A DNA stretch of 64,000 nt, from the NCBI GenBank assembly GCA_010909165.1, contig MU008162.1, positions 1 through 64,000 of the forward strand. Direction: 5' to 3'. The notes below the pieces were generated by a model. The model was not told the origin of the DNA. It was given only the letters and a program-made list of their open reading frames with translations, and did no database searches. The position numbers were made by a program, and so were the translations under genes. This document shows positions 34,247-50,404 of this stretch, piece after piece (within the stretch, counting starts at the first letter, position 1; the number at the start of each line of letters is the position of its first letter). Source of the stretch: Anthoceros angustus. Lineage: Eukaryota; Plantae; Anthocerotophyta.

Positions 34247-35512
34247 ATGGAAGGCAACCATAGGGAAGATGTATTGGTGAGTGAAATTGATAACCAATCC
34301 CGATGGAGTGGAGTGAGACTTATGAAGAAGCCACATATGAACAACCATGGAGTGCATCTTATGAAGAAACCACGGATGACCAACCATGGAGTGATGAACA
34401 ACCATGGAGTGCAACCTATAAAGAAACCACGGATGACCAACCATGGAGTGATGAACAACCATGGGATGCAACTAATGAAGAAGCTACCCATGGAGAACCA
34501 TGGCACGAAACTCGTGAAGAAGCCACCAATGGACAATGGAGTGATGCAAGCCTCAAGACAATGACGCATGGGAAGAAGCTTATGTGCAAGATGATGAAGA
34601 CAACCGCACATGTAACTTATGAAGGTCGATGGCCGCATTCCACGTATCGTCTATGCAATCTTATTACGGAAATTTGCATGATGCAAAGGTTGAGGCATTA
34701 AGGATGGACAAGTGGCTCTAGCCTACATCCATGGCGACAAAGCGGAGTTCCCATATTTTGGAGAGTGGGAAAAATCCACTAATGAAATTTTGAAGGATCT
34801 CGTAAAGCGATCTTTCCTTCTTTGGGAAGTCTCGGTACCATAGAGATTTTAAAAGTGAAAACCTTTTATAACATAGCTGAAAACACTTGCTGCATACTTG
34901 TGATTGACCCACTTCGGGAAAAATTGAAACAATTTGATGCAAGTGACATCGGTTCGGACGCATTGAGAGCAATGGGCGCCATTCACTTACAAACAACCTT
35001 TCACAGATGTTATGGATGAAGCACTACCTTTGGGAGCACTATTTGAAGAACACGATGAAGTGGAACTCGGGATCCTCCGGTAGGAGTTATCGTCTGGCGT
35101 CCACTACAATACTAGTTATCCTTGGTTTGAAGTAACGCATCTTCCCGAGAGGAGGAAGACAATGCGCGAGGACAACTTGTCAAGTTGCATTTCGTTTATT
35201 TGGATGGCCAAAGAGTTCAACGTCGTTTTTGTTGTCCGATCCTTCATCACATTTATGGTTGTTTTGTTTGAAGCAAGTGCAAATGAAGTGGTTGTTTCAC
35301 AAATCCAATGAGGAGTTTTATTTTAGTACTCCAAGTAGAGATGGTGTTGCAAGCATCTATGCCTTAGATGCACTCTCCTCAAAAACCATAGGAGAAGCCG
35401 TGTAGCAAATTGTGTGCTCACCATGAAATACAAAAAGGAACACCATCAATCAATTGCACTTATTTTGTGATATCTTGTTAGAAGTAGGGGAATTAGTTTA
35501 ACCTACCAGTGA
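34247..35512 (+). CDS. QPW-repeat gene, unit 4 copy (frameshifted)
   Basis: Homologous to 21923-23197. Confidence 0.6.
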
Positions 35513-38500
35513 TTACTTTTTAATATTTAGGTTAATCGTGAGCGGTCATTACAACACCGCGTTACATGTATTTAAGATAATTTTGTCATCGATTTTAATT
35601 AATTTCATCTTGCTTTGTTGTGCAATTTTGCTTAGAGCTTCCGCTCATAAATTAATATGGTATGAGAGCACTAGGTGCTCAATGCATGGATGTTGTGGTA
35701 GCTTCATGATATTCTACTTGCATTTCAAACCTATAGCATCCTTGGACCACATGGCCGCTAGGGCATTCCTCACTTTGATAATTCAAATGTGACTAGCTAC
35801 CATTTCTGCGATGGCGGAGGGCGAGTGCCGCGTTGATGTGAAATTTTGGTCCACCGGTGTTGTTGACCATCTTAGAACACAGTGAGCTTGATCAACTCCT
35901 ACAAAGCGGATGTTCAAGCAACAACTTGAACTAAGGAGCCGTGGGAGATCGTACCAATGCAAATCACAATCCGAATTGCTCTTGTTCTTCTCCCGTGAAC
36001 GTCCTTGCAATCATGGTATAGCAGCCCATGATCGGCAAGCTTGAGAGAATCAAAGATTGGAATCATCTGCAATCTCGTCTTTGGACAAGCTGCTCAATTC
36101 AGTCGAGGATTTGATGATGAGGGTCTCCAATCGTGCGAAAGAATTACCTAGAGGGCTCGGAAGACTCCAAGAAATTCAAGCTACGATTGATGAATTGACG
36201 ATTTCCTTTGAGCACTTCTGAAGCCTTGGACAACAGCAAAATCAGCAAGGGACCCAATCTCAACAATGTACGCAAGCCTCATGCCCTCTCATAATCAGGC
36301 ATGCATGGGTGTAGCTTTGTAGAATCTTGCATTTGTGGCGCTTCCAACCGGATTACAACAATTTTGTTGGACATTTGCACCAATTGCATATATTCTGGTG
36401 TGAAGAGGTGCCATGGGATCTTGTGGCGGTTGGTGAAAGATGCCACACAGATGCCCTAATTGTTATTTCTAAGGCACCTATTCACAACCCTTGAGTTATC
36501 CTTCTTTAGAACACTAAAAATAACAATGAAACGTTATTAGTTAATGTGGAAGGATGTTAGTTAGTGCCCTTCACATCACTATAGCTTTTGCAACTTCACC
36601 TATGGGCACATGGTCATTTCTAGTTTGGTCACATGCATCGCTATTAGTAGCTTGATCAACTCCTACAAAGCGGATGTTCAAGCAACAACTTGAACTAAGG
36701 AGCCGTAGGAGATCGTACCAATGCAAATCACAATCCGAATTGCTCTTGTTCTTCTCCCGTGAACGTCCTTGCAATCATGGTATAGCAGCCCATGATCGCA
36801 AGCTTGAGAGAATCAAAGATTGGAATCTGTCTAGCAATCTCGTCTTTGGACAAGCTGCTCAATTCAGTAATCGAGGATTTGATGATGAGGGTCTCCAATC
36901 GCAGCGTAAAGAATTACCTAGAGTCGCTTAAGACTCCAAGAAATTCAAGCTACGATTGATGAATTGACGATTTCCTTTGAGCACTTCATCAAGCCTTGGA
37001 CAACTTGCAGCAAAATCAGCAAGGGACCCAATCTCAACAATGTATTGCTCACCTCATGCCCTCTCATAATCGTGCATGCATGGGTGTAGCTTTGTAGAAT
37101 CTTGCAGTTTGTATGCCCAACCGGGATTACAACAATTTTGTTGGACATTTGGCTGCAATTGCATATTCTGCCGGCCGTGAAGAGGTGCCATGGGATCTTG
37201 TGGCGGTTGGTGAAAGATGCCACGGAGGCCCTAATTGTTATTTTCTAGCGGCACCTATTCACAACCCTTGAGTTATCCTTTCTTCATAACACTAAAAATA
37301 ACAATGAAACGTTATTAGTTAATGTGGAAGGATGTTAGTTAGTGCCCTTCACATCACTATAGCTTTTGCAACTTCACCTATGGGCACATGGTCATTCTAG
37401 TTTGGTCACATGCATCGCTATTAGTAGCTTGATCAACTCCTACAAAGCGGATGTTCAAGCAACAACTTGAACTAAGGAGCCGTGGGAGATCGTACCAATG
37501 CAAATCACAATCCACGAATTGCTCTTGTTCTTCTCCCGTGAACGTCCTTGCAATCATGGTATAGCAGCCCATGATCGCAAGCTTGAGAGAATCAAAGATT
37601 GGAATCATCTAGCAATCTCGTCTTTGGACAAGCTCAATTCAGTCGAGGATTTGATGATGAGGGTCTCCAATCGTAGCGTAAAGAATTACCTGAGGCTCGT
37701 CAAGACTCCAAGAAATTCAAGCTACGATTGATGAATTGATTTCCTTTGAGCACTTCAAGCCTTGGACAACTTGCAGCAAATCAGCAAGGGACCCAATCTC
37801 AACAATGTATGCGCCCCAGCCTCATGCCCTCTCATAATCAGGCATGCATGGGTGTAGCTTTGTAGAATCTTGCATTTGTGGCGCTCACATTACAACAATT
37901 TTGTTGGACATTTGCATTGCTATTGCTTCTGGCGTGAAGAGGTGCCATGGGATCTTGTGGCGGTTGGTGAAAAGATGCCACTGGACGGTGCCCTAATTGT
38001 TATTTTCTAGTGGCACCTATTCACAACCCTTGAGTTATCCTTTCTTCATAACACTAAAAATAACAATGAAACGTTATTAGTTAATGTGGAAGGATGTTAG
38101 TTAGTGCCCTTCACATCACTATAGCTTTTGCAACTTCACCTATGGGCACATGGTCATTCTAGTTTGGTCACATGCATCGCTATTAGTGGCTTGGTCTTCC
38201 GATGATATAGATGGGGATGAGGATCTGGCGAATTTCTAAAATCCCTCTCAACTAACTTTCCAGCCTACATTCCCCAGTTCCGTGGTTATTTCTAACATGA
38301 CTACCAATTTTGGATCCTATGGTGGGGCTTTACGGAAAAGACATATTTGATGGCAAATCAGCGGAGTATGAGAGTTGGAGGCTAGAATGAAGGGTTTTCT
38401 AGATGCTACATGTAGAATTTGTAGATGGTTCTATCCTCCACAGCCCAAGAGCTTTACCGGATGACATCGCCAAGTTTTACAAAGGCAATAAGATTGCATT

Positions 38501-41070
38501 TGCCATCCTACTCTTTGGTATGGATGAAGCCACGGATCGAGGTTGAGTTCCTTCATACAAGACAAATGTATGGACATAGTTGAAGAAACTTATCAAGTTC
38601 ATAACATCCTCACACTAGTTGCTCGGAAAAACGAATACTAGGGGCTGAGAATGAAGGGAGGGACAACATTGCAGCTCACATAAGCAAGTTTTGCTATCTC
38701 AAGGCAAGGTTAGCCATGGTGGCAAGCAAGCTCAAGACATTGATGTTGTTGCTTAGCTCCTCCGTAGTCTTCCACCTTTCTATCGAGTTCGTTTCCAATT
38801 AGAACTCTTCCTTGCGAGCATCTGTTTATTAAATCGTCGAGAAAAACACCAACTCGACCCTTAATGAGCTCATTGGAACCCTACTTCAAGAGGAGCATAG
38901 TACTCATTCTAGTGGCATCGGAAGGGTGTGCAGAAGGTTCTCGTTGCATCAAAGGGAAAAGCGTTTGGATAGGGAAGAGAAGGGAAGAAGAAGAAAAATC
39001 AAGAAGAAGACCAAGAAGAAGAAGAAGAAGAAGAAAAATCAAAAAGCCACAAAAGAGTTATGAAGGGTGTTTGAAGCAAACTCGACCTTCCCAAGTCGAA
39101 ATAATGTGGAGAGTGCGCAAAAGCAAAGCGGTTCCGACATGATTGTCAATGTCTAGCAAATGAAGCTTCGCGTGATAGTCAAGCTTAATATTACCGTGAC
39201 CATAAATTATAGATAGAACAAAGGGTCTCGCGTTAGAACTCACAAGATAGGAAGGTACAAAAAGGGACCGTCACGCTTACGTGTGCATACAAAACCTTAA
39301 AGATCTCATATTATTTCATATATAAAACTACCAATTTATTTTACTATCCAGATTGATTTTATTTTTCCAAAATGAACCCACATGATCCAGTTTTTCCTTT
39401 TTAGTGAGACTTGGGTGACCATAAATATAGAGAATGCATACTATATATGTGTGTTGAGAATATAAATAAAGGACATACTATATATGTGTGCTATACTAGG
39501 CTATATTTATGAATGCAAGTCGATATACATTGACGTTTAAGCTTGCAAGCGCAAGTTCCTTTGATGTCTTAAGACCATGTGCCAAAGCCATAGTTGTATT
39601 AAGCAAACCACGCACGGGCGACAAAGGCATAGATCGTCAAGCTCCCTCTCTTGTAGTATCCAAGAGAAGCAAAGCGACACCTTGAGGAGGCTGCGCATGC
39701 TTACCTTCTTTTCATAATCTTATTTAGTGTTTACGGTCTACCTTTGATTCAAGATGGAAGGCAACCATAGGGAAGATGTATTGGTGAGTGAAATTGATAA
39801 CCAATCCGGCCGGTGGAGTGGAGTGAGACTTATGAAGAAGCCACATATGAACAACCATGGAGTGCATCTTATGAAGAAACCACGGATGACCAACCATGGG
39901 TGATGAACAACCATGGAGTGCAACCTATAAAGAAACCACGGATGACCAACCATGGGTGATGAACAACCATGGATGCAACTAATGAAGAAGCTACCCATGG
40001 AGAACCATGGCACGAAACTCGTGAAGAAGCCACCAATGGACAACCGTGGAGTGGAGTGATGCAAGCCTCAAGACATTGATGTTGTTGCTTAGCTCCTCCG
40101 TAGTCTTCCACCTTTCTATCGAGTTCGTTCCAATTAGAACTCTTCCTTGCGAGCATCTGTTCGCAATTAACCGAGAAAAACACCAACTCGACCCTTAATG
40201 AGCTCATTGGAACCCTACTTCAAGAGGAGCATAGTACTCATTCTAGTGGCATCGGAAGGGTGCGCCGAGAAGGTTCTCGTTGCATCAAAGGGAAAAGCGT
40301 TTGGATAGGGAAGAGAGAAGGGAAGAAGAAAAATCAAGAAGAAGAAGAAGAAGAAGAAAAATCAAAAAGCCACAAAAGAGTTATGAAGGGTGTTTGAAGC
40401 AAACTCGACCTTCCCAAGTCGAAATAATGTGGAGAGTGCGCAAAAGCAAAGCGGCTGACCGCAATTGTCAATGTCTAGCAAATGAAGCTTCCGTGATAGT
40501 CAAGCTTAATATTACCGTGACCATAAATTATAGATAGAACAAAGGGTCTCGTGCGTTAGAACTCACAAGATAGGAAGGTACAAAAAGGGACCTACGCCAC
40601 GCCAATTGTACAAAACCTTAAAGATCTCATATTATTTCATATATAAAACTACCAATTTATTTTACTATCCAGTTGATTTTATTTTTCCAAAATGAACCCA
40701 CATGATCCAGTTTTTCCTTTTTAGTGAGACTTGGGTGACCATAAATATAGAGAATGCATACTATATATGTGTGTTGAGAATATAAATAAAGGACATACTA
40801 TATATGTGTGCTATACTAGGCTATATTTATGAATGCAAGTCGATATACATTGACGTTTAAGCTTGCAAGCGCACAAGTTCCTTTGATGTCTTAAGACCAT
40901 GTGCCAAAGCCATAGCTTGTATTAAACCTGCTGGCGCCACAAAGGCATAGATCGTCAAGCTCCCTCTTGTAGTATCCAAGAGAAGCAAAGAGCAGACCTT
41001 GAGGAGGCTGCGCATGCTTACCTTCTTTTCATAATCTTATTTAGTGTTTACGGTCTACCTTTGATTCAAG

Positions 41071-42345
41071 ATGGAAGGCAACCATAGGGAAGATGTATTG
41101 GTGAGTGAAATTGATAACCAATCCGACGCGTGGAGTGGAGTGAGACTTATGAAGAAGCCACATATGAACAACCATGGAGTGCATCTTATGAAGAAACCAC
41201 GGATGACCAACCATGGAGTGATGAACAACCATGGAGTGCAACCTATAAAGAAACCACGGATGACCAACCATGGAGTGATGAACAACCATGGGATGCAACT
41301 AATGAAGAAGCTACCCATGGAGAACCATGGCACGAAACTCGTGAAGAAGCCACCAATGGACAACCGTGGAGTGATGCAAGCCTCAAGACAATGACGCATG
41401 GGAAGAAGCTTATGTGCAAGATGATGAAGACAACCGCACATGTAACTTATGAAGGTCGATGGCCATCGCATTCCACGATATCGTCTATGCAATCTTATTA
41501 CGAAATTTGCATGATGCAAAGGTTGAGGCATTAAGGATGGACAAGTGGCTCTAGCCTACATCCATGGCGACAAAACGGAGTTCCCATATTTTGGAGAGTG
41601 GGAAAAATCCTAATGAAATTTTGAAGGATCTCGTAAAGCGATCTTTCCTTCTTTGGGAAGTCTCGGTACCATAGAGATTTTAAAAGTGAAAACCTTTTAT
41701 AACATAGCTGAAAACACTTGCTGCATACTTGTGATTGACCCACTTGGGAAAAATTGAAACAATTTGATGCAAGTGACATCGGTTCAGACGCGTGGCAGGA
41801 GCAATGGGCGCCATTCACTTACAAACAACCTTTCACAGCGGATGTTATGGATGAAGCACTACCTTTGGGAGCACTATTTGAAGAACACGATGAAGTGGAA
41901 CCACAGGATCCTCCGGTAGGAGTTATCGTCTGGCGTCCACTACAATACTAGTTATCCTTGGTTTGAAGTAACGCATCTTCTGGCGAGCAGAGGAAGACAA
42001 TGCGGAGGACAACTTGTCAAGTTGCATTTCGTTTCTGGATGGCCAAAGAGTTCAACGTCGTTTTGTTGTCCGATCCTTCATCACATTTATGGTTGTTTTG
42101 TTTGAAGCAAGTGCAAATGAAGTGGTTGTTTCACAAATCCAATGAGGAGTTTTATTTTAGTACTCCAAGTAGAGATGGTGTTGCAAGCATCTATGCCTTA
42201 GATGCACTCTCCTCAAAACCATAGGAGGCCGGTGTAGCAAATTGTGTGCTCACCATGAAATACAAAAAGGAACACCATCAATCAATTGCACTTATTTTGT
42301 GATATCTTTGTTAGAAGTAGGGGAATTAGTTTAACCTACCAGTGA
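41071..42345 (+). CDS. QPW-repeat gene, unit 5 copy (a truncated extra copy lies at 39754-40075)
   Basis: Homologous to 21923-23197. Confidence 0.6.
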
Positions 42346-45300
42346 TTACTTTTTAATATTTAGGTTAATCGTGAGCGGTCATTACAACACCGCGTTACAT
42401 GTATTTAAGATAATTTTGTCATCGATTTTAATTAATTTCATCTTGCTTTGTTGTGCAATTTTGCTTAGAGCTTCCGCTCATAAATTAATATGGTATGAGA
42501 GCACTAGGTGCTCAATGCATGGATGTTGTGGTAGCTTCATGATATTCTACTTGCATTTCAAACCTATAGCATCCTTGGACCACATGGCCGCTAGGGCGCA
42601 TTCCTCCTTTGTTGATAATTCAAATGTGACTAGCTACCATTTACTGCGATGGCCGGAGGGCAGTGCCGCGTTGATGTGAAATTTTGGTCCACCAGTGTTG
42701 TTGACCATCTTAGAACACGTAGGCGGATCAACTACAAAGCGGATGTTCAAGCAACAACTTGAACTAAGGAGTAGGAGATCGTACCAATGCAAATCACAAT
42801 CCACTGAATTGCTCTTGTTCTTCTCCCGTGAGCGATGTGCAATCATGGTATAGCAGCCCATGATCGGCTTGAGAGAATCAAAGATTGGAATCATCTAGCA
42901 ATCTCGTCTTTGGACAAGCTGCTCAATCAGTCTTGAGGATTTGATGATGAGGGTCTCCAATCGGTGGCAGAAAGAATTACCTAGAGGCTCGTCGGAAGAC
43001 TCCAGAAATTCAAGCTACGATTGATGAATTGTGATTTCCTTTGAGCACTTCACAAGCCTTGGACAACTCGACAAAATCAGCAAGGGACCCAATCTCAACA
43101 ATGTACTGACCTCATGCCCTCTCATAATCAGGCATGCATGGGTGTAGCTTTGTAGAATCTTGCAGTTGTGGCGCTTCCAGGATTACAACAATTTTGTTGG
43201 ACATTTGGCTGCAATTCGACATATTCTTCTTTGGGCGTGAAGAGGTGCCATGGGATCTTGTGGCGGTTGGTGAAAGATGCCACAGACGGTGCCCTAATTG
43301 TTATTTTCTAGCGGCACCTATTCACAACCCTTGAGTTCTCCTTTCTTTAGAAACCCTAAAAATAACAATGAAGCGTTATTAGTTAATGTGGAAGGATGTT
43401 AGTTAGTGCCCTTCACATCACTATAGCTTTTGCAACTTCACCTATGGGCACATGATTTGTTTCTAGTTTGGTCACATGCATCGCTATTAGTGGCTTATCT
43501 TCCGGTGATATAGATGGGGATGAGGATACGGGCGAATTTCTAAAATCCCTCTCAACTTCTTTCCAGCCTACATTCCCCAGTTCGTAGTTATTTTCTAACA
43601 TGGCGACCCAAGCTGCGGATCCTATGGTGGGGCTTTACGGAAAAAGACATATTTGATGGCAAATCAATGTATGAGAGTTGGAGGGCTAGAATGAAGGGTT
43701 TTCTAGATGCTACACATGTCTGGAATTTGTAGATGGTTCTATCCTCCACAGCCCAAGAGCTTTACCGGATGACATCGCTAAGTTTTACAAAGGCAATAAG
43801 ATTGCATTTGCCATCCTACTCTTTGGTATGGATGAAGCCACGATGGTTGAGTTCCTTCATACAAGACAAATGTATGGACATAGTTGAAAGAAACTTATCA
43901 AGTTCATAACATCCTCACACTAGTTGCTCGGAAGCGAATACTAGTGAGAATGAAGGAGGGACAACATTGCAGCTCACATAAGCAAGTTTTGCTATCGAAG
44001 GCAAGGTTAGCCATGGTGGCAAGCAAGCTCGAAGACATTGATGTTGTTGCTTAGCTCCTCGTAGTCTTCCACCTTTCTATCGGTGATTCGTTTCCAATTA
44101 GAACTCTTCCTTGCGAGCATCTTTCGCAATTAAATCGAGAAAAACACCAACTCGACCCTTAATGAGCTCATTGGAACCCTACTTCAAGAGGAGCATAGTA
44201 CTCATTCTAGTGGCATCGGAAGGTGTGCGAGAAGGTTCTCGTTGCATCAAAGGGAAAAGCGTTTGGATAGGGAAGAGAGAAGGGAAGAAGAAGAAAAATC
44301 AAGAAGAAGACCAAGAAGAAGAAGAAGAAGAAGAAAAATCAAAAGCCACAAAAGAGTTATGAAAGGGTGTTTGAAGCAAACTCGACCTTCCCAAGTCGAA
44401 ATAATGTGGAGAGTGCGCAAAAGCAAAGCGGCGCTTAGCAATTGTCAATGTCTAGCAAATGAAGCTTCCGCGTGATAGTCAAGCTTAATATTACCGTGAC
44501 CATAAATTATAGATAGAACAAAGGGTCTGCGTTAGAACTCACAAGATAGGAAGGTACAAAAAGGGACCGTCACGCTTCACGTAGCATACAAAACCTTAAA
44601 GATCTCATATTATTTCATATATAAAACTACCAATTTATTTTACTATCCGATTGATTTTATTTTTCCAAAATGAACCCACATGATCCAGTTTTTCCTTTTT
44701 AGTGAGACTTGGGTGACCATAAATATAGAGAATGCATACTATATATGTGTGTTGAGAATATAAATAAAGGACATACTATATATGTGTGCTATACTAGGCT
44801 ATATTTATGAATGCAAGTCGATATACATTGACGTTTTAAGCTTGCAAGCGCACAAGTTCCTTTTGATGTATTAAGACCATGTGCCAAAGCCATAGCAGTT
44901 GTATTAAGCAAACCCTGCACGGCGCGACAAAGGCATAGATCGTTAAGCTCCCTCTCTTGTAGTATCCAAGAGAAGCAAAGAGCAGCACCTTGAGGAGGCT
45001 GCACATGCTTACCTTCTTTTCATAATCTTATTTAGTGTTTACGATCTACCTTTGATTCAAGATGGAAGGCAACCATAGGGAAGATGTATTGGTGAGTGAA
45101 ATTGATAACCAATCCGACGCAGTGGAGTGGAGTGAGACTTATGAAGAAGCCACATATGAACAACCATGGAGTGCATCTTATGAAGAAACCGGATGATATC
45201 GCCAAGTTTTACAAAGGCAATAAGATTGCATTTGCCATCCTACTCTTTGGTATGGATGAAGCCACGATCGAGGTTGAGTTCCTTCATACAAAGAAAGAAT

Positions 45301-46462
45301 GTCTGGACATAGTTGAAAGAAACTTATCAAGTTCATAACATCCTCACACTAGTTGCTACCGGAAACGAATACTAGGTGAGAATGAAGGAGGGACAACATT
45401 GCAGCTCACATAAGCAAGTTTTGCTATCAAGGCAAGGTTAGCCATGGTGGCAAGCAAGCTCGAAGACATTGATGTTGTTGCTTAGCTCCGTAGTCTTCCA
45501 CCTTTCTATCAGTCTGCTTCCAATTAGAACTCTTCCTTGCGAGCATCCGCTTCGCATTAAATCGAGAAAAACACCAACTCGAATTCTTAATGAGCTCATT
45601 GGAACCCTACTTCAAGAGGAGCATAGTACTCATTCTAGTGGCATCGGAAGGGTGCAAAGGTTCTCGTTGCATCAAAGGGAAAAGCGTTTGGATAGGGAAG
45701 AGAGAAGGGAAGAAGAAAAATCAAGAAGAAGACCAAGAAGAAGAAGAAGAAGAAGAAAAATCAAAAGCCACAAAAGAGTTATGAAAGGGTGTTTGAAGCA
45801 AACTCGACCTTCCCAAGTCGAAATAATGTGGAGAGTGCAAAAGCAAAGCAGCGCTCGACGAATTGTCAATGTCTAGCAAATGAAGCTTCCGCGTGATAGT
45901 CTTAATATTACCGTGACCATAAATTATAGATAGAACAAAGGGTCTCGTGCTAGAACTCACAAGATAGGAAGGTACAAAAAGGGACACCACGCCAACGTCA
46001 TACAAAACCTTAAAGATCTCATATTATTTCATATATAAAACTACCAATTTATTTTACTATCCATTGATTTTATTTTTCCAAAATGAACCCACATGATCCA
46101 GATTTTTCCTTTTTAGTGAGACTTGGAGTGACCATAAATATAGAGAATGCATACTATATATGTGTGTTGAGAATATAAATAAAGGACATACTATATATGT
46201 GTGCTATACTAGGCTATATTTATGAATGCAAGTCGATATACATTGACGCTGCTTGCAAGCGCACAAGTTCCTTTGATGTCTTAAGACCATGTGCCAAAGC
46301 CATAGCGGTTGTATTAAGCAAACTGAGCGACAAAGGCATAGATCGTCAAGCTCCCTCTCTTGTAGTATCCAAGAGAAGCAAAGAGCAAGACCTTGAGGAG
46401 GTCGATGCTTACCTTCTTTTCATAATCTTATTTAGTGTTTACTATCCTACCTTTGATTCAAG

Positions 46463-47726
46463 ATGGAAGGCAACCATAGGGAAGATGTATTGGTGAGTGA
46501 AATTGATAACCAATCCGACGCAGTGGAGTGGAGTGAGACTTATGAAGAAGCCACATATGAACAACCATGGAGTGCATCTTATGAAGAAACCACGGATGAC
46601 CAACCATGGAGTGATGAACAACCATGGAGTGCAACCTATAAAGAAACCACGGATGACCAACCATGGGTGATGAACAACCATGGGATGCAACTAATGAAGA
46701 AGCTACCCATGGAGAACCATGGCCTGAAACTCGTGAAGAAGCCACCAATGGACAACGTGGAGTGATGCGCAAGCCTCAAGACAATGACGCATGGGAAGAA
46801 GACATGTGCAAGATGATGAAGACAACGCACATGTAACTTATGAAGGTCGATGGCCATCGCATTCCACGTATCGTCTATGCAATCTTATTACGGAAATTTG
46901 CATGATGCAAAGGTTGAGGCATTAAGGATGGACAAGTGGCTCCTAGCCTACATCCATGGCGACAAAGCGGAGTTCCATATTTTGGAGAGTGGGAAAAATC
47001 CACTAATGAAATTTTGAAGGATCTCGAAACGATCTTTCCTTCTTTGGGAAGTCTCGGTAGTACCATAGAGATTTTAAAAGTGAAAACCTTTTATAACATA
47101 GCTGAAAACACTTGCTGCATACTTGTGATTGACCCACTTCGGGAAAAATTGAAACAATTTGATGCAAGTGACGCCTTGACGCGTTGTGACAATGGCGCCA
47201 TTCACTTACAAACAACCTTTCACAGATGTTATGGATGAAGCACTACCTTTGGGAGCACTATTTGAAGAACACGATGAAGTGGAACCACAGGATCCTCCGG
47301 TAGAGTTATCGTCCTGGCGTCCACTACAATACTAGTTATCCTTGGTTTGAAGTAACGCATCTTCCGGCAGCGGAGGAAGACAATGCGGCGAGGACAACTT
47401 GTCAAGTTGCATTTCGCTTGCTGGATGGCCAAAGAGTTCAACGTCGTTTTTGTTATAGATCCTTCATCACATTTATGGTTGTTTTGTTTGAAGCAAGTGC
47501 AATGAAGTGGTTGTTTCACAAATCCAATGAGGAGTTTTATTTTAGTACTCCAAGTAGAGATGGTGTTGCAAGCATCTATGCCTTAGATGCACTCTCCTCA
47601 AAACCATAGGAGGCATTAGCAAATTGTGTGCTCACCATGAAATACAAAAAGGAACACCATCAATCAATTGCACTTATTTTGTGATATCTTTGTTAGAAGT
47701 AGGGAATTAGTTTAACCTACCAGTGA
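46463..47726 (+). CDS. QPW-repeat gene, unit 6 copy (a truncated extra copy lies at 45062-45196)
   Basis: Homologous to 21923-23197. Confidence 0.6.
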
Positions 47727-50404
47727 TTACTTTTTAATATTTAGGTTAATCGTGAGCGGTCATTACAACAAGCGTTACATGTATTTAAGATAATTTTGTC
47801 ATCGATTTTAATTAATTTCATCTTGCTTTGTTGTGCAATTTTGCTTAGAGCTTCCGCTCATAAATTAATATGGTATGAGAGCACTAGGTGCTCAATGCAT
47901 GGATGTTGTGGTAGCTTCATGATATTCTACTTGCATTTCAAACCTATAGCATCCTTGGACCACATGGCCGCTAGGGGCTGCATTCCTCCGCTGATAATTC
48001 AAATGTGACTAGCTACATTTCTTTATGGCCGGAGGTGTGCAGCGTTGATGTGAAATTTTGGTCCACCGGTGTTGTTGACCATCTTAGAACACAAAGTGAG
48101 CTTGATCAACTCCTACAAAGCGGATGTTCAAGCAACAACTTGAACTAAGGAGCCGAGGAGATCGTGTCTGCAAATCACAATCCCGAATTGCTCTTGTTCT
48201 TCTCCCGTGAACGCCCTTGCAATCATGGTATAGCAGCCCATGATCGCAAGCTTGAGAGAATCAAAGATTGAATCTGTCAGCAATCTCGTCTTTGGACAAC
48301 GTGTAATCGAGGATTTGATGATGAGGGTCTCCAATCGTGCAGCGTAAAGAATTACCTAGAGTCGGCGGACTCCAAGAAATTCAAGCTACGATTGATGAAT
48401 TGACGATTTCTTTGAGCACTTCATCAAGCCTTGGACAACTTGCGCAAATCAGCAAGGGACCCAATCTCAACAATGTATCGCTTCAGCCTCATGCCCTCTC
48501 ATAATCGTGCATGCATGGGTGTAGCTTTGTAGAATCTTGCAAATTTGTATCAGATTACAACAATTTTGTTGGACATTTGCTGCAATTCATATTCTGCTTG
48601 GTCAGAAGAGGTGCCATGGGATCTTGTGGCGGTTGGTGAAAGATGCCACGGGCGGTGCCCTAATTGTTATTTTCTAACCGCACCTATTCACAACCCTTGA
48701 GTTCTCCTTTCTTTAGAAACCCTAAAAATAACAATGAACGTTATTAGTTAATGTGGAAGGATGTTAGTTAGTGCCCTTCACATCACTATAGCTTTTGCAA
48801 CTTCACCTATGGGCACATGGTCTTTTCTAGTTTGGTCACATGCATCGCTATTAGTGGCTTCCGCCTTCCAAAATGATATAGATGGGGATGAGGATACATG
48901 ATTTCTAAAATCCTCTCAACTAACTTTCCAGCCTACATTCCCCAGTTCGTGGTTATTTTCTAACATGACAACTTGGGATCTATGGTGGGGCTTTACGGAA
49001 AAGACATATTTGATGGCAAATCACCGGTATGAGAGTTGGAGGCTAGAATGAAGGGTTTTCTAGATGCTACACATGTCCGGAATTTGTAGATGGTTCTATC
49101 CTCCACCGCCCAAGAGCTTTACCGATGACATCGCCAAGTTTTACAAAGGCAATAAGATTGCATTTGCCATCCTACTCTTTGGTATGGATGAAGCCACGGT
49201 GATCGAGGTTGAGTTCCTTCATACAAGAAGAAATGTATGGACATAGTTGAAAGAAACTTATCAAGTTCATAACATCCTCACACTAGTTGCTCGAAATAAT
49301 ACTAGGGGCTGAGAATGAAGGGAGGGACAACATTGCAGCTCACATAAGCAAGTTTTGCTATCAAGGCAAGGTTAGCCATGGTGGCAAGCAAGCTCGAAGA
49401 CATTGATGTTGTTGCTTAGCTCCTCCGTAGTCTTCCACCTTTCTATCGTGCTTCCAATTAGAACTCTTCCTTGCGAGCATCCGCTCGCAATTAAATGAGA
49501 AAAACACCAACTCGACCCTTAATGAGCTCATTGGAACCCTACTTCAAGAGGAGCATAGTACTCATTCTAGTGGCATCGGAAGGTGTGCGAGAAGGTTCTC
49601 GTTGCATCAAAGGGAAAAGCGTTTGGATAGGGAAGAGAGAAGGGAAGAAGAAGAAAAATCAAGAAGAAGACCAAGAAGAAGAAGAAGAAGAAGAAAAATC
49701 AAAAGCCACAAAAGAGTTATGAAAGGGTGTTTGAAGCAAACTCGACCTTCCCAAGTCGAAATAATGTGGAGAGTGCGCAAAGCAAAGCAGCTTCGACCGC
49801 AATTGTCAATGTTCAGCAAATGAAGCTTCCGTGATAGTCAAGTTTAATATTACCGTGACCATAAATTATAGATAGAACAAAGGGTCTCGTTAGAACTCAC
49901 AAGATAGGAAGGTACAAAAAGGGACTCACGCTTACGGCCAATACAAAACCTTAAAGATCTCATATTATTTCATATATAAAACTACCAATTTATTTTACTA
50001 TCCAGTTGATTTTATTTTTCCAAAATGAACCCACATGATCCATTTTTCCTTTTTAGTGAGACTTGGAGTGACCATAAATATAGAGAATGCATACTATATA
50101 TGTGTGTTGAGAATATAAATAAAGGACATACTATATATGTGTGCTATACTAGGCTATATTTATGAATGCAAGTCGATATACATTGACGCTTTAAGCTTGC
50201 AAGCGCACAAGTTCCTTTGATGTCTTAAGACCATGTGCCAAAGCCATAGCATTGTATTAAGCAAACCCGCGCCACAAAGGCATAGATCGTCAAGCTCCTC
50301 TCTTGTAGTATCCAAGAGAAGCAAAGAGCAAAGACCTTGAGGAGCGCATGCTTACCTTCTTTTCATAATCTTATTTAGTGTTTACGGTCTACCTTTGATT
50401 CAAG